From Tubiluchus corallicola (lineage: Eukaryota; Animalia; Priapulida): a stretch of DNA of 64,000 nt. Shown here piece by piece: positions 38,858 to 50,700 of the stretch (the stretch's first letter is position 1; each line of letters starts with the position of its first letter). The DNA lies in NCBI GenBank assembly GCA_030141605.1, contig JAQGDQ010000008.1, positions 372,001 through 436,000 on the forward strand. Reading direction: 5' to 3'. A model generated the notes under the pieces. The model was not told the origin of the DNA and ran no database searches. It worked only from the letters and a program-made list of their open reading frames with translations. Made by a program: the position numbers and the translations under genes.

Positions 38858-39254
38858 TAGGGGTGAGCATTCTCTACCAGAACGCGAATTCAAACTGAAT
38901 CGAATTTGTGACTTTCTAATTCGAATCGAACCAAATTTCACTATTTCAAGTTCGAATTGAATTGAGTTTGAAAGATTTTCGAACAAATTTTCGACTATTA
39001 GTAAAAAGTCGTCTTACAAAGATCATGCATTGTACTTAATTTTGTTCGGCAGTAAGACCACTGTTAGTTTATTAAAAAAATTGCACAGCAACTGCAGCGA
39101 AATTGTGCTATTTGTCTGCTGTTCGAACATTTTAATGATAAGGAACATATGTGGCTGAAGTGCTGAATCATTCAATTTTATAATTTTAGGTTCGAATCGA
39201 ATTCGAACCAAAAACTCGTTCGAATGGAATTCGAATGTTCGATGCTCACCTCCA
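38858..39254 (+). mobile_element. hAT-type MITE, 397 bp
   Basis: TIRs TAGGGGTGAGCAT / ATGCTCACCTCCA; perfect 8-bp TSD ATGCACAG at 38850-38857 and 39255-39262; subterminal TTCGAA/TCGAA arrays. Confidence 0.9.
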
Positions 39255-39805
39255 ATGCACAGTATATAATTCGTTAGTTACCCGAAATAATAACTTAGTA
39301 ATAATTTTTACAGAGTACTGCAGCGCAAAAAATCTTCTACAGAAATTTGGTTAAGGTCACTCTGCAGTTTTATAATTTTTCGGGAGTATTTAAGTTAGTA
39401 AATCTATGAACTGCGGTACCCTCATTTTTAAACACCATTTTTGTGACTTTTCAGCCATTCCAAGACTACGCCTATTGCGATTGATAGTGTGTGTAGTAAC
39501 TGTAGTTCGACACTATATTACTAGTACTATATTGACTTGCGACTTGCATTGTTTTGTATTATTTTTTGTCGTACATAAATTGTCTTTATTTATTTTCAAT
39601 GTGAAGGTGTAATGCGTGTGACTTAATATTCGGTGATGTCTTCTGACTTTAGCGTGATCCATGTATAATGTTTAATACCATTTGCCAACATATCAAACAT
39701 TCACATGCGTAAGCATGACTTTCCCACGCCACGAAGATACGTACCGAAAGTAATCACGCTTATATTAATGATAACTGGAACTGGTAAGAAGTAATCTAGG
39801 TATAT

Positions 39806-40126
39806 TGTTGTTATGCACTGTCGCGCAACTGCGCAGACATAACTAAACTGTTTATGTTTTACTCACTCTACGTGGAATATTAGCTAATACTAGTAATAGC
39901 ACTTGCTGGATGTCCCATGAGCCGCCTAGTCTTGTACGAGCTCGCCATGTACGTGGTGTGTGGCGTGCAACCTCAACGTGTACTGATTCGCTTTGTACTT
40001 TTGCTTCTTGTACCGTCTTTGGTAGATAGTAAGGCAGTACGCAGTACCTTGGCACACTCAAGGCAGTACAAAATGAGGCTGTACACGACGTATGGAGATG
40101 TTGAGCAACTGCGAATATCCCACACA
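39806..40126 (-). mobile_element. Possible solo LTR
   Basis: GC/CpG-richer block of about 320 bp bounded by TGT..ACA, with an AGTAAA-type signal on the minus strand; no clean TSD. Confidence 0.3.
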
Positions 40127-42598
40127 TTTTAGATTATTACAAACAATTATTGTGAATTTGACATGTCCAAACAGAATTGAAGACTTTGTCGTTAATATTG
40201 TTTTCCGTCACCAGTAGGAAGATATAGATACAGACATTTTTTATTTATCTCCTAATTACAACAAACTTACAACATAAACAATAAATCCAATAGTTAATTA
40301 AGAAAAATATACATAAAAGAAAGTGTCAAGGGGTGCAGGAGAAAGGGTAGTGAAGACAATTGGTCTTCAAAGTCAGCTATCCTTCTTAGATTAATGTAAA
40401 TTATAAGAAAATTTCGTTGTGCTGCTGTATTATTATTATATGTAGTAGAAGTAAAATTACTGTTACTGAAAACGAAGGAACTAAATAGACTACATGGTAA
40501 CGGAACAATGTAATAAAATGAAAATATGCAATGGTACTCAACCAAATCAGATCAAATGAAAGAAGAAAATAAATTATAACGGAATAATCAGTAATAGCAA
40601 ACAAAATATGTATGATAAAAGGAAACTAAAATATAATGGCATGAATATATGAAAGGAATGTGAGGGAAAGCAGAAATGACTCTTCTGCATGCATCCACAA
40701 CAGATCGCGACACCTTGCACAGTCGTACGTCCTTGCTTTGCAATGGTGGTTCTGGAGGGCGGCTCACATGCTTGATGGTTTTTTTATCTTCAGTGTGTAT
40801 GTAAGTGGGGTAGGTGTCATGTCAGTTGATATGCAATTATCAGTTATGAAAAAATTGCTTTTTGGTGTCATGCACAATAGCTATGGAGTAAGAACTAAAC
40901 GTTTTATCTGTTCTTGACAATTCTTAGCAAGTTGCCATACAACCTTTCATTTATAAACAAAAACTGCACATACGAATCACTCGTTGTGCTTATTGGCAAC
41001 CAAGCTAGGCAGGTTTTTGGCTTCTTCTTTTGTCCATAAGTCAACAGCTTCTGTGCATATTTTTTTCTGTGAAGATCACCTTTTATGTTGTTTTGCTGTC
41101 TTGGCAGTTCTTTATTTCATCTTACAGACTGCATTTGTCATTTATGCATCATAATACTCACCGCTTTGCAGCCTCACCCACACATAGTGAGCAATACGAA
41201 GCAACAAGAGTAGGTGATACCATTAATTTGCTGACTACTAACACTTCCTAGTGCAGAGCTAATTAGTCTAGTGTGTGCTGTGCTCAAATATGTCTCTTAG
41301 GTTTGCCAGCTTAGCTAGGAACCATTCATTTATTTTAGATATAATTCCATCCATATTCAGATTTATCATCTTAACATGCCTTCATGAATCTTAAAAATTT
41401 AAACTCAGGACTCTGCTGAGAACCATTATAACGGTTGGTGATTGTCTGTTTCTAAAATTAAAGTAAATTCTGTAAATGCATTTGTATGTTGTCATTTGTA
41501 GAAGGTTGTTGAGAAAGTAGTAATACACAAACACTGCTTTGCGTGCAGGCTTGCTAATAATTATTTTCTGATCTGCTGCTGCACACTGAGGTAGTATTAA
41601 CTGGATCATAGTTTTACGTTATGGCAGACATTATGCGTACTATTTAAATTTGAACTTCTTAATGTGACCCAAGCCTTTCAAACATGTCAGTTTGCTACTA
41701 GCTAGCAAAAGTTTATTTTGTTAATTTTTTAATTCAGGAGCTAACTCATAACTTCATCCTCTTGCTAATCAGCCTTGAAATATGTGATTGCCATCAGGTA
41801 GTTTCACTTCACCACCTGAAGGTTTATGTGTTTTGTCTCAAATGCTTTTATTTTTTCGGCACGATTAAAATACCACCCAGTGGGCTTTTTTCATCCCCGT
41901 TTCTCCCAGCATGCCCAAATCCAAACCAAAATTTATTAGGTTTTTTTCTTGTCCATGCCAAACTCCTCCACAAAGTTTAGTGGCAATTAGTTAACTAAAA
42001 ATTTAAAATGAATATTCCAGAGAATTAAAATCATTATGTTTAAAAACATACAAACAAGGACATTACTGTTTAAGTTATAGTTTAAATCTGCATGAATGGA
42101 AACCTTCTTCAGTTCAGAAATTCTCATATAATGGTACATATTACATATCATCATTAACTATTATTGTTTTTATTAATAAATAAGGATAGAAAAAAAACCT
42201 TCGTGTGATTTTAAAACATTTTAATTCTAATTTGGTTTTACATATTTACTCAAGCGTAGCTGTTATAAGATGTTTCAGTAATTTCCTTTTGCTAAGTCCA
42301 CTGTACTACTACTGTCTTACTATACTATTCCATAAATGAGTAAACAAGTCTATTACATTCATCTAAGATGTTATATTATGCAAAACAGTAGTAGTAGTAA
42401 TAGTTTTATTGCCATAGATATCATATGCGTGGACGGTGGAGTTGTTGAATAACATCTATCTCATGTCCAGAAAAAGACGTCATTGAACAGTACTGTAGAA
42501 ACAAATAAGAAAATAAACAAACAACAAAAAATGCACAAAACCAACAAAGAGTTTGCATGTCAAACTAATTTGCAAAATGCGACAAAAGGTACTATATA

Positions 42599-43315
42599 CA
42601 TTAGACACCATTTATTAAACTCACAGTTAATAGAATCAGTTCCTAATTGACCCAAAAACATCTAGTACGGGTCACTTCTATTCAAACATATATGAGAACT
42701 ATTGGTGATTGATTCCATTAACTCCACATAATTAACTAATACTTTTGCTTCGCATGCTTAAATAAGATACTTGTGCATGACCAATGAGCTTTTATAACTT
42801 TTATGTCATCTTTGTTGCACTATTATATTATACATAGAATGACAGAAGCAGTCGTATTAAGTACCATTTTCTTTGTGTTTTGAATCTGCGATCGGCTTTT
42901 CCACTGCAGCTAACCTTGTTGACCAAGAATTTCTGGAAGCTAAACTTTTAGTCACCTGCCTAGCAGTTTGATTTGAACACACAGCTTGTCACAGATTTAC
43001 AGGACATTAAATTAGTCTACTGTTCTTTTTATACCACTGTTGTGTTTTGTAAGAATATATGTATCATGCAGCAACAGATTTTCGCTGCCATGCTATCATA
43101 AGTATGAGAACTGTATGAGCCAACTTCTTCCCCAAAGAAATGAACCAGCCAACATTACTTCGTTTTCAGAATTCATTTTAAGCTTTTGCAGTGCACACTA
43201 AGCTGATTATTCATACTTCTACACTAGTAATAATACATTAGGCTAATTGACTCAGCTTGTTAATTGGATCAAAACACTTCTCTCCCAAAGTGAATCTATT
43301 AAACGGTGTCTACTA
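42599..43315 (+). mobile_element. Tigger-family non-autonomous copy (same family as 50927 and 60300)
   Basis: Degenerate TIRs TA|CATTAGACACC.. and ..CCCAAAGTGAATCTATTAAACGGTGTCTACTA|TA; internal blocks such as CAAGAATTTCTGGAAGCTAAAC are shared with the 50927 copy. Confidence 0.75.
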
Positions 43316-44714
43316 TATTTAACTCTTTTGCCCTGGAGAGACAATTATGGTGTATAATGGCAACGACATGTGATGGAGTCAAATTCCTGTTCTACGTTTA
43401 TTCTTAGATCACTAGTGAAACTGCAGTAACACACTTTATGTTTTTCATCTTGCATTAAGGCCACAAGTGTATAAGCATTAGTTGGGGGTTTTTGTCTAGC
43501 ACCATGTTTCGATTTAGAGATACTGACTTCTGACATTCAACCTCGTTAGTCACATTCTGCCACAGGTACTTGGACATTTGCAAATACTAAACTTTGAAAC
43601 ATTAATGGAAAACCGGACCCAATCTTAAACTGTAGGTCAAAACAAGGGAACATACTATATTTTCAAGAGTGATGTGAAGGAATTATTACCATACAAATGC
43701 AATTTCATGTTCGTGTGGCTAGTTCTTCGCTGTTACATACATTTTGCCATTTGTTAGTTAAATGGGAATTAGCAACAACATTTTGGAAAAGCATTGCACC
43801 AAAAATAGGTGCCGTATCTCTCAATACTGAAGTGTTCATTTGTGATGTTGTGCATACATTCGAGAGCACATGCAGTAAATTTGGAATTTGAATTTTTATT
43901 CTAAAATTTGCTGAGTTTTCATATATCACACTGAATCTCGTACAGTAGCGTTGTACTTCAATTTCCGCTAAAAAGAAGTGTACAAAAACTTGAAAATAGC
44001 AATACAGTCACAAGTTGAAATGCCTGTTGTAAAAGTGGAGCAATATAAAGGCACAAGTGTCACAGTGCAAATTGAATATCCAATACATATCATAAAAAGA
44101 ACACGTTGGCAACGTTGTCTAGCAAAAAAGCTCTCTTGCAAAAAAGTATAAAAATGTGTTTCGTAAAAGCCATTAACAAGTCTAGGATACGGAAATTATA
44201 AAGTCATTTAAAATGTAAAGAACCACTCAGACTATCAAGTAGACTAACTTTTTTCCAAAGTTGTAAGTGCAGTGGCGATGTGAGAACCAGCATCTGTTCT
44301 CAGCAGCTGACACTTCCCTTACTGCAAGTGCTTATGTTATTTTACACCACTTTCAGAGTTTTGCTTTCAAAGTGACCCACTTTCAAGATGGCAGGCTATG
44401 CTAACAGATTTATCATAGAGCCAGCTGCATTTCTTAAACATGGCGTGCAGATAAAAGTTACCAATTTTAGATGTAGTTGAATATGATTTTTTGTGACAAC
44501 ATGTGGTTTAGATAAAAATATGGATGCAAAAGCAGGTATAGCAACAAAGCAAGTCTGTCAAAATTCATTGATATTAAGAACATATTTTGCCTTGTGTTTT
44601 TCTTTCATCGAGTAGCCACAATTACAATTCGTGCGATATACCTAAGTATATCTACGTGTTACATTATTACATTAAATTACCCCTTGCTTTTCAGATGTAA
44701 TTAAAGCCTTGAAC

Positions 44715-47700
44715 ATGAAAAGGCGTGTAGCCTTTATTCTGGCAGCTGCATTTGTGGCTTGGAATATTGTCACTTGGTATATTGTCTACTCACAACTTTC
44801 TTCCAAAGTAAGTTCATTTTTATAACATTGATTTCTTCTACCAAACTAAAAAAAAGTTTTATTCTACTAATAAACTATATATTCCCACATTTTGTACAAA
44901 TCATCAGTTGTGTCAGCTTCTTGATCATCTTAATTATTAAATTCATTTTCACACATATTTGGTTCCCCCTCACGTAAAGGATGCAGTAGTGCCACCCAAT
45001 CCCACAATTTTGCTCATTTACAATAATGCTGAACACACCTTAAAGCTTTGCAAGGACAAATAATGAATCAGCCAATTCCTGCAGTGCAGATTCTTTGGTC
45101 ATTGGTACTGGAAGTAAACCATTCACTGTCACAGTTCAGCCATGTCCATTACTGATACAAATAGTAGGTTTTCCGGAAGTCTTAGAGCTGCTTTCCTCAT
45201 TGCACAATGGTGCTTTGCCCACTTTAAAAGGCAAAATGTCTTGATAACGTGGTGACTTTTTATTCAGGTGGAACTTTGGTAAAACATCTATATCCTAGCA
45301 AGTTTAAAGCAGGTACATTTGACTGTGTCTATAACATTTGCTTACAAGTTTAGTAATAGCATCTAACTTCATTATTTATGTTTAAGGTATCCCTTAATTT
45401 TGACATTCCGGAAACCTCAACCAGGGTACTCTTTCTCATATCAAATGTCTTCTTCTTGCCTTTGCCTTTAAGACAACTGGTGGTATCGCATTTAGTGAAT
45501 GCATGCAATGGAAGCAGCAACTAATGTGTGTCTCCAGTTAGGATGCCTGTTATGATATGCAGTTATATAAATCTAGTTTTTCTTGGTATCATAGTTAAAC
45601 CAGATTTTGTGTCCTTTCTCATGTTTTGTAAGAAATCTTGCAGAAAGGTCTGCATGAAGATCCTCGATTGTATTAAATCATTTTTTGGGATACATGCCAT
45701 ATGATTTATGAAAACTAATGTTAAACTACTATCCTCAATTAACTCCTGGGGCGTTTGATAGATTGACATCCTCTTAATATTCTGACTTCTGTTTGTTTCT
45801 CCTGGCTGTATAGGTGCGTCTGCCCAGCATTTGCTAAAAGAATGCTGGGGAGCTCATCGTCAAACAAAGCTCATTTTAGGATCTTTAGTTCATTCCTAAG
45901 GTACTCAAATTATGTGGATATGGTGTTTCTGTGCAATATTTTTTTGGATTTGTAAACCATCAAGTGTATGTCTGCATCACTTTTTTAGAAAAAAACTTGA
46001 AAAATTAATATTTCTTGGCCCTTTTCACAAAACTTTTAAGTCTAGCTCCATCCACAAGTAAGATTCCCCTGTAAAAATTGTGACCGCTCTAGGGAAGGTC
46101 CAACACACTTTTTCTTACACCACATACACCTGTCATCTCTAGAATGGTATAGAAATTTTTCTAACAGTTTCTTTCGACAGAACCTCTTCTTGATCAAAAG
46201 TGCCCCTATACTATGTTGTTTTCTACATTTTGACTTATTTTATGTGCATGTATTTGTAGAGTGTAGATGCTCTGTTTACTCAGGCAAGTTCTCCATAGAG
46301 AATGGAAGAATACTAACAAGTTAATTTCGATATGATCTCCCCTATGATTTTAGTGATTTCATCAATACTTTCTTGCTGCCAGTAAAGCGATAATGATTTT
46401 AGGTATGCAACCTAACCACTAGTGAGAGAAACAGTGAGAAAGAACAAAACAAATGTTTTGGTTTACGAACTGCCTGCCTAATAAAACTTGTTTAATCTAA
46501 AGATATGAAAGTATGAAAAATAGAGCGCAAAAAAGCGAAGATTGAGACAGAAAGTGACAAAGAGCAAAAAGCATTTTTGTAATTTCATAAAGAATGCATT
46601 TTTTTTATATTCAAGTTGCCAATCTCGCAGGTTTAAGAGCAAGCAAAATGCAATGAAGGAATTATCAATTTGTCTGTTCTTCATAGTCATTTTACTCTTC
46701 CCATCCTTTTTGTCCAATACATGTTATTTTTTCATTATACAAGACTTGTTACTGTTACTTATTAAAACTATTTTACTTCATTCTGTTGATGGTTACATTT
46801 GTTTTTGTTTGTACAGAACAGTGCAAAAGACATCCAGGAAAAAATAGTGCAGCTAGAGAACAAAATTCAGGCACACGTGAAATCAAACAAGCAAATGCTT
46901 GAAATCTTCCAGCAGCAGAAACAAAAACTAGACAATTTAGGTATTTTTGTATTCTTGGTGTTACGTTATTATTAAGGGGTGGTTGTAATGTTATGTGCCC
47001 ATTGATTTTTTGCCATCCTACCTTTTTCTGTCTATTATGTTGTTGTAAACTGGCCATATTTTTCTAGCCTTTGAATTAATGAAATAAATAAACTTGAATC
47101 GAATAAAATTGAAAAAAGATGATGACTTGCAGCTACTCTCCCCATAAACCCAAATGCTTGTTGTTGCAAACAGATCATCATTTTAAAAAAATTAGAAATG
47201 AGTTTTGATTCCCTCTGCAGCATCCATCCATAAATAGGTACATGGGTTATAATAAAAAAATTTAGATTAGTGGAAGTTTTGTGGATACCTTGTGCTTATT
47301 GTACAGTCAACTCCGCTTAACTGCTTAAGCCACATTCATGGGCCAAAAAACCACTAACCACTATGAGTTAAAAAAATGACTCGATTGCTGATATGAGTTA
47401 ACAGAAAGCCTGAACTAAAACTAGATTCGTGTTAAGTGAAGATTACTGCATAACTGTTATCAACATGCACTTGCATATATTTTTCAATTCTGCGATGCTG
47501 TACAGCAGTGGTTCCAATCCTTCTGTTGCCGGTGATCCCTTTGCAGAACCCTGTATCGTATAATGATATATCGCCACAAAGAACATAATCACATGTTATA
47601 CTATTAAACATCATTATTGTTCACATTTATGCATTTTAACAATGAATAATTGTTTCACTAATTAATTAATGTGATGGTTGCGCCTGTTTCTCAAAGACCG

Positions 47701-50700
47701 GTATTGCAATGCAATAGGGATCCAAGGAGATCCGACGTAAAATGAATAGCAACATGCTTTCGGGTGGTGTACATTTTCATTTTCCCAGAAAATCAAACAC
47801 TAGTATACCACATTTAGAGGAGGAAAACCCAGTTGCATTTTCCAGAACAAAATGTGTAACAAGAGACTGAAGAAACAAAACCTACTACATACTTTTCATG
47901 AAAACAGCATTTTTTAAAAATAGTTTAAATTTTAGACTAGCCCGCGACCCCACGAAAAGTGCTTTGTGACCCCAACTGGTGTCTCTACCCCAGGGTTGGG
48001 AACCCATGCTGTATAGTATTCACTCCTCGATATCTATAATTATTGTAGGACACTAATCTGAGTCTGGAAAATTTTAAAAAATTTAATGGCAGTAGTCTTA
48101 AAGACGTTCAACTTAACTCCGCTATGTTATACATCATTTCAAAATCAACATTTTATAAACAATTTTTGTAAATGATTTTTTTTACTTTGATAGGTGATCA
48201 TTTGTCTGAGAAATTAGAAAAGCAGGATGATAAAGCAGCAGATGGCATAATTAGTAATAAACTAAGTGAAAAGGATTCAATTATTGCTGTTTTAGTATTT
48301 GCCTGCAATAGACCAAGTGTGTCTCGTAACCTGGATCAGTTACTCAAGTATGTATAACATGATGCAATGCTGCATCAGTTCCTGCATGGTGAGATTAGTA
48401 ACTTGTAAATTTCCAATTTTATGCTGGTACAGAAAGTATGTTCCAGTCTTGCTTTGAGTGTGAAAAATAGGCAAATAAAATATAACAAATAGAAGTTACT
48501 AAAAACTAAATGTTTTAACTTGTGTTATAATAATAATAATAACACAATCAACACAAACCATAGCACAATAAAGTCAAAAGAAAAAAAACGTAAAATAATG
48601 AAAATATCATTAAAATCTCGGTAATAGCAGGACATCTTTTGTGTCAAGTTGTGGTTGACCACTGCTATGAGATATGATAGTTACACAGTATTCCGTGGAA
48701 ATTAAGAATTGCATACAGTTAATCTATTCTATCTTTGCAACAGGTATCGATCGTCAGAAAGCAAATTTCCAATAGTCGTAACTCAGGATTGTGGAGACAA
48801 ACAAACAGCAAATGTGATCAAGCAATACGCTGACAAGCTCACCTTTATACAGGTTAGTTTTTCTAGTTGTCAAACAGCAGCTCTGTCTGTAATATGTGGT
48901 AATGTAAATTTTTCAATTGTTTTGTAATCACTTTTAAATGATTATTAGACTTTCTTACAAATTCTTTTCTTAGCACATAGGACATTGTTGAATAATATGA
49001 ACATCGTGGATGTTCAGTGTTTCCAGTAATGCCTTCTCAGGAGCTTATTTAAACGGCTAAGGTGCTTAAGACAAAAAGCTGCTTTTTATGTTTTGTTAAA
49101 TTGTTGAATTCTACACCAGATTACCATTCAAGGAGCTTACTAAACGAACACTGGTGACAAGGTCTTCCAAATGCCTTTCTTTTGATGTAGCATAGTCTTT
49201 AGCTGCACAAGGTAGAGAGCATTTCTGTTTAAATCATTGAATAGACCAACCAAGCAACCTCTAGAGCCATCAGCACTAGGCCTGTCAGCTGCTCTGTACT
49301 AATTGTTTTTAAATGTTTTTAGCACCCAGATCTGAGCGAAATTCATGTAGATCCAAAAGACAAGAAGTTCCTGGGGTACTACAAGATTGCCCGGCATTAC
49401 CGCTGGGCGCTCAACTACACATTTCACAAGCTCAACTACAACACTATCATCGTAGTAGAAGGTGAATTAACTAATGTATTAAGTTATCAACACTATCCTT
49501 TAAGGTTTCCTAATAAAAATACTCCCTTTGAATACATTGTCAGTTCAGACTACAATAAAAGAAACATATTTTAATTAAACATAACAGAACAGGATTTAAT
49601 ACCATTAGTAACGTGGTAGAAAGACATGACAGTACTCTAAAATCTAAACGCAATAGCCAGACTTATCAACAAGAGACAAACAGAATGCAACTCACTACAT
49701 AACACAAGTGGAGAAGATACCACAAATCCATGATACATATCCTCAACACAATAGTAAGTTGAGACAGTATTGAGCATACGCATTATGACATTTTAAGCCA
49801 TTAATGTCCACAAGCATGATCACCATATGGATTTGCAAGTATGTGTATGCACCAAGTGTATATGCATTTCCTGCAAAATTAAAACATCGAAAGTCCTACT
49901 GACTGTGTTAATTGAAGTCAAAAATCCAAAGAGATTTCTGTGTTCTTGCCACCTTGTGTGTGGTAATGACAAGATCAGAGTTTCCAAAGGTAGTCTTTCA
50001 TATAGAACAGGAAATGTTTACTTATTTGACTTGTGTATTTAGCTATGCAGCTAGGACATGCATATTTGTGCATCACGCACGAGATTATATTGTAATCCCA
50101 TATTTTAAGACTAGTCACAAACACAGATGCTAACTAAAATATTTAGAATGGTGACCGTGTTACCACATTTTGTATAACATATGATTATAATGCTGTTAGC
50201 AGTGCATGTTAAATTTGCAAAATACGTTGAAAATTTTAAACAGTTATGTGAGTGTGGTCACTCACTAAATCTGATTGTGAGATATTGTCTGTTGTGTCCC
50301 AGGTCCTTGGTGTAATGTGCTCTTCTGGCTCAATTCCATTCAGTTGTTTGACTGGCTGTAGGAAACAAATGAACATGAAAACAAAAGTACTTTCACTTTT
50401 ATGTTAGAGAATTTGCAAGATTTTTTTACAAAATGTAAGGATTGTGACAAAATTTAACGGACTTTATATATTTTGAACTTCTTTTTAAGGTACCATAGCG
50501 TATGTTGTAGCTTTTAGTGCATTGGATAAAAAAGTTGTAGTAATACTCGAGAGTCTCTTTTACATCTTCTGTTCTAATTTGTCCAAGTAGTGTAAAAAAT
50601 TGAACTGTACACTAATTTCTTTATTTGAGGTGCCCTTTCTGCAGTCACCAGGTTCTAGGCATGATTCTCCCATTTCCAGTAAACACTGCTCACTTTTATC

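Noticed and set aside
38858-39254. TTCGAA arrays as heat-shock elements for MGAT1
   Set aside because: Spacing mostly does not match nGAAnnTTCnnGAAn; better explained as hAT subterminal repeats.
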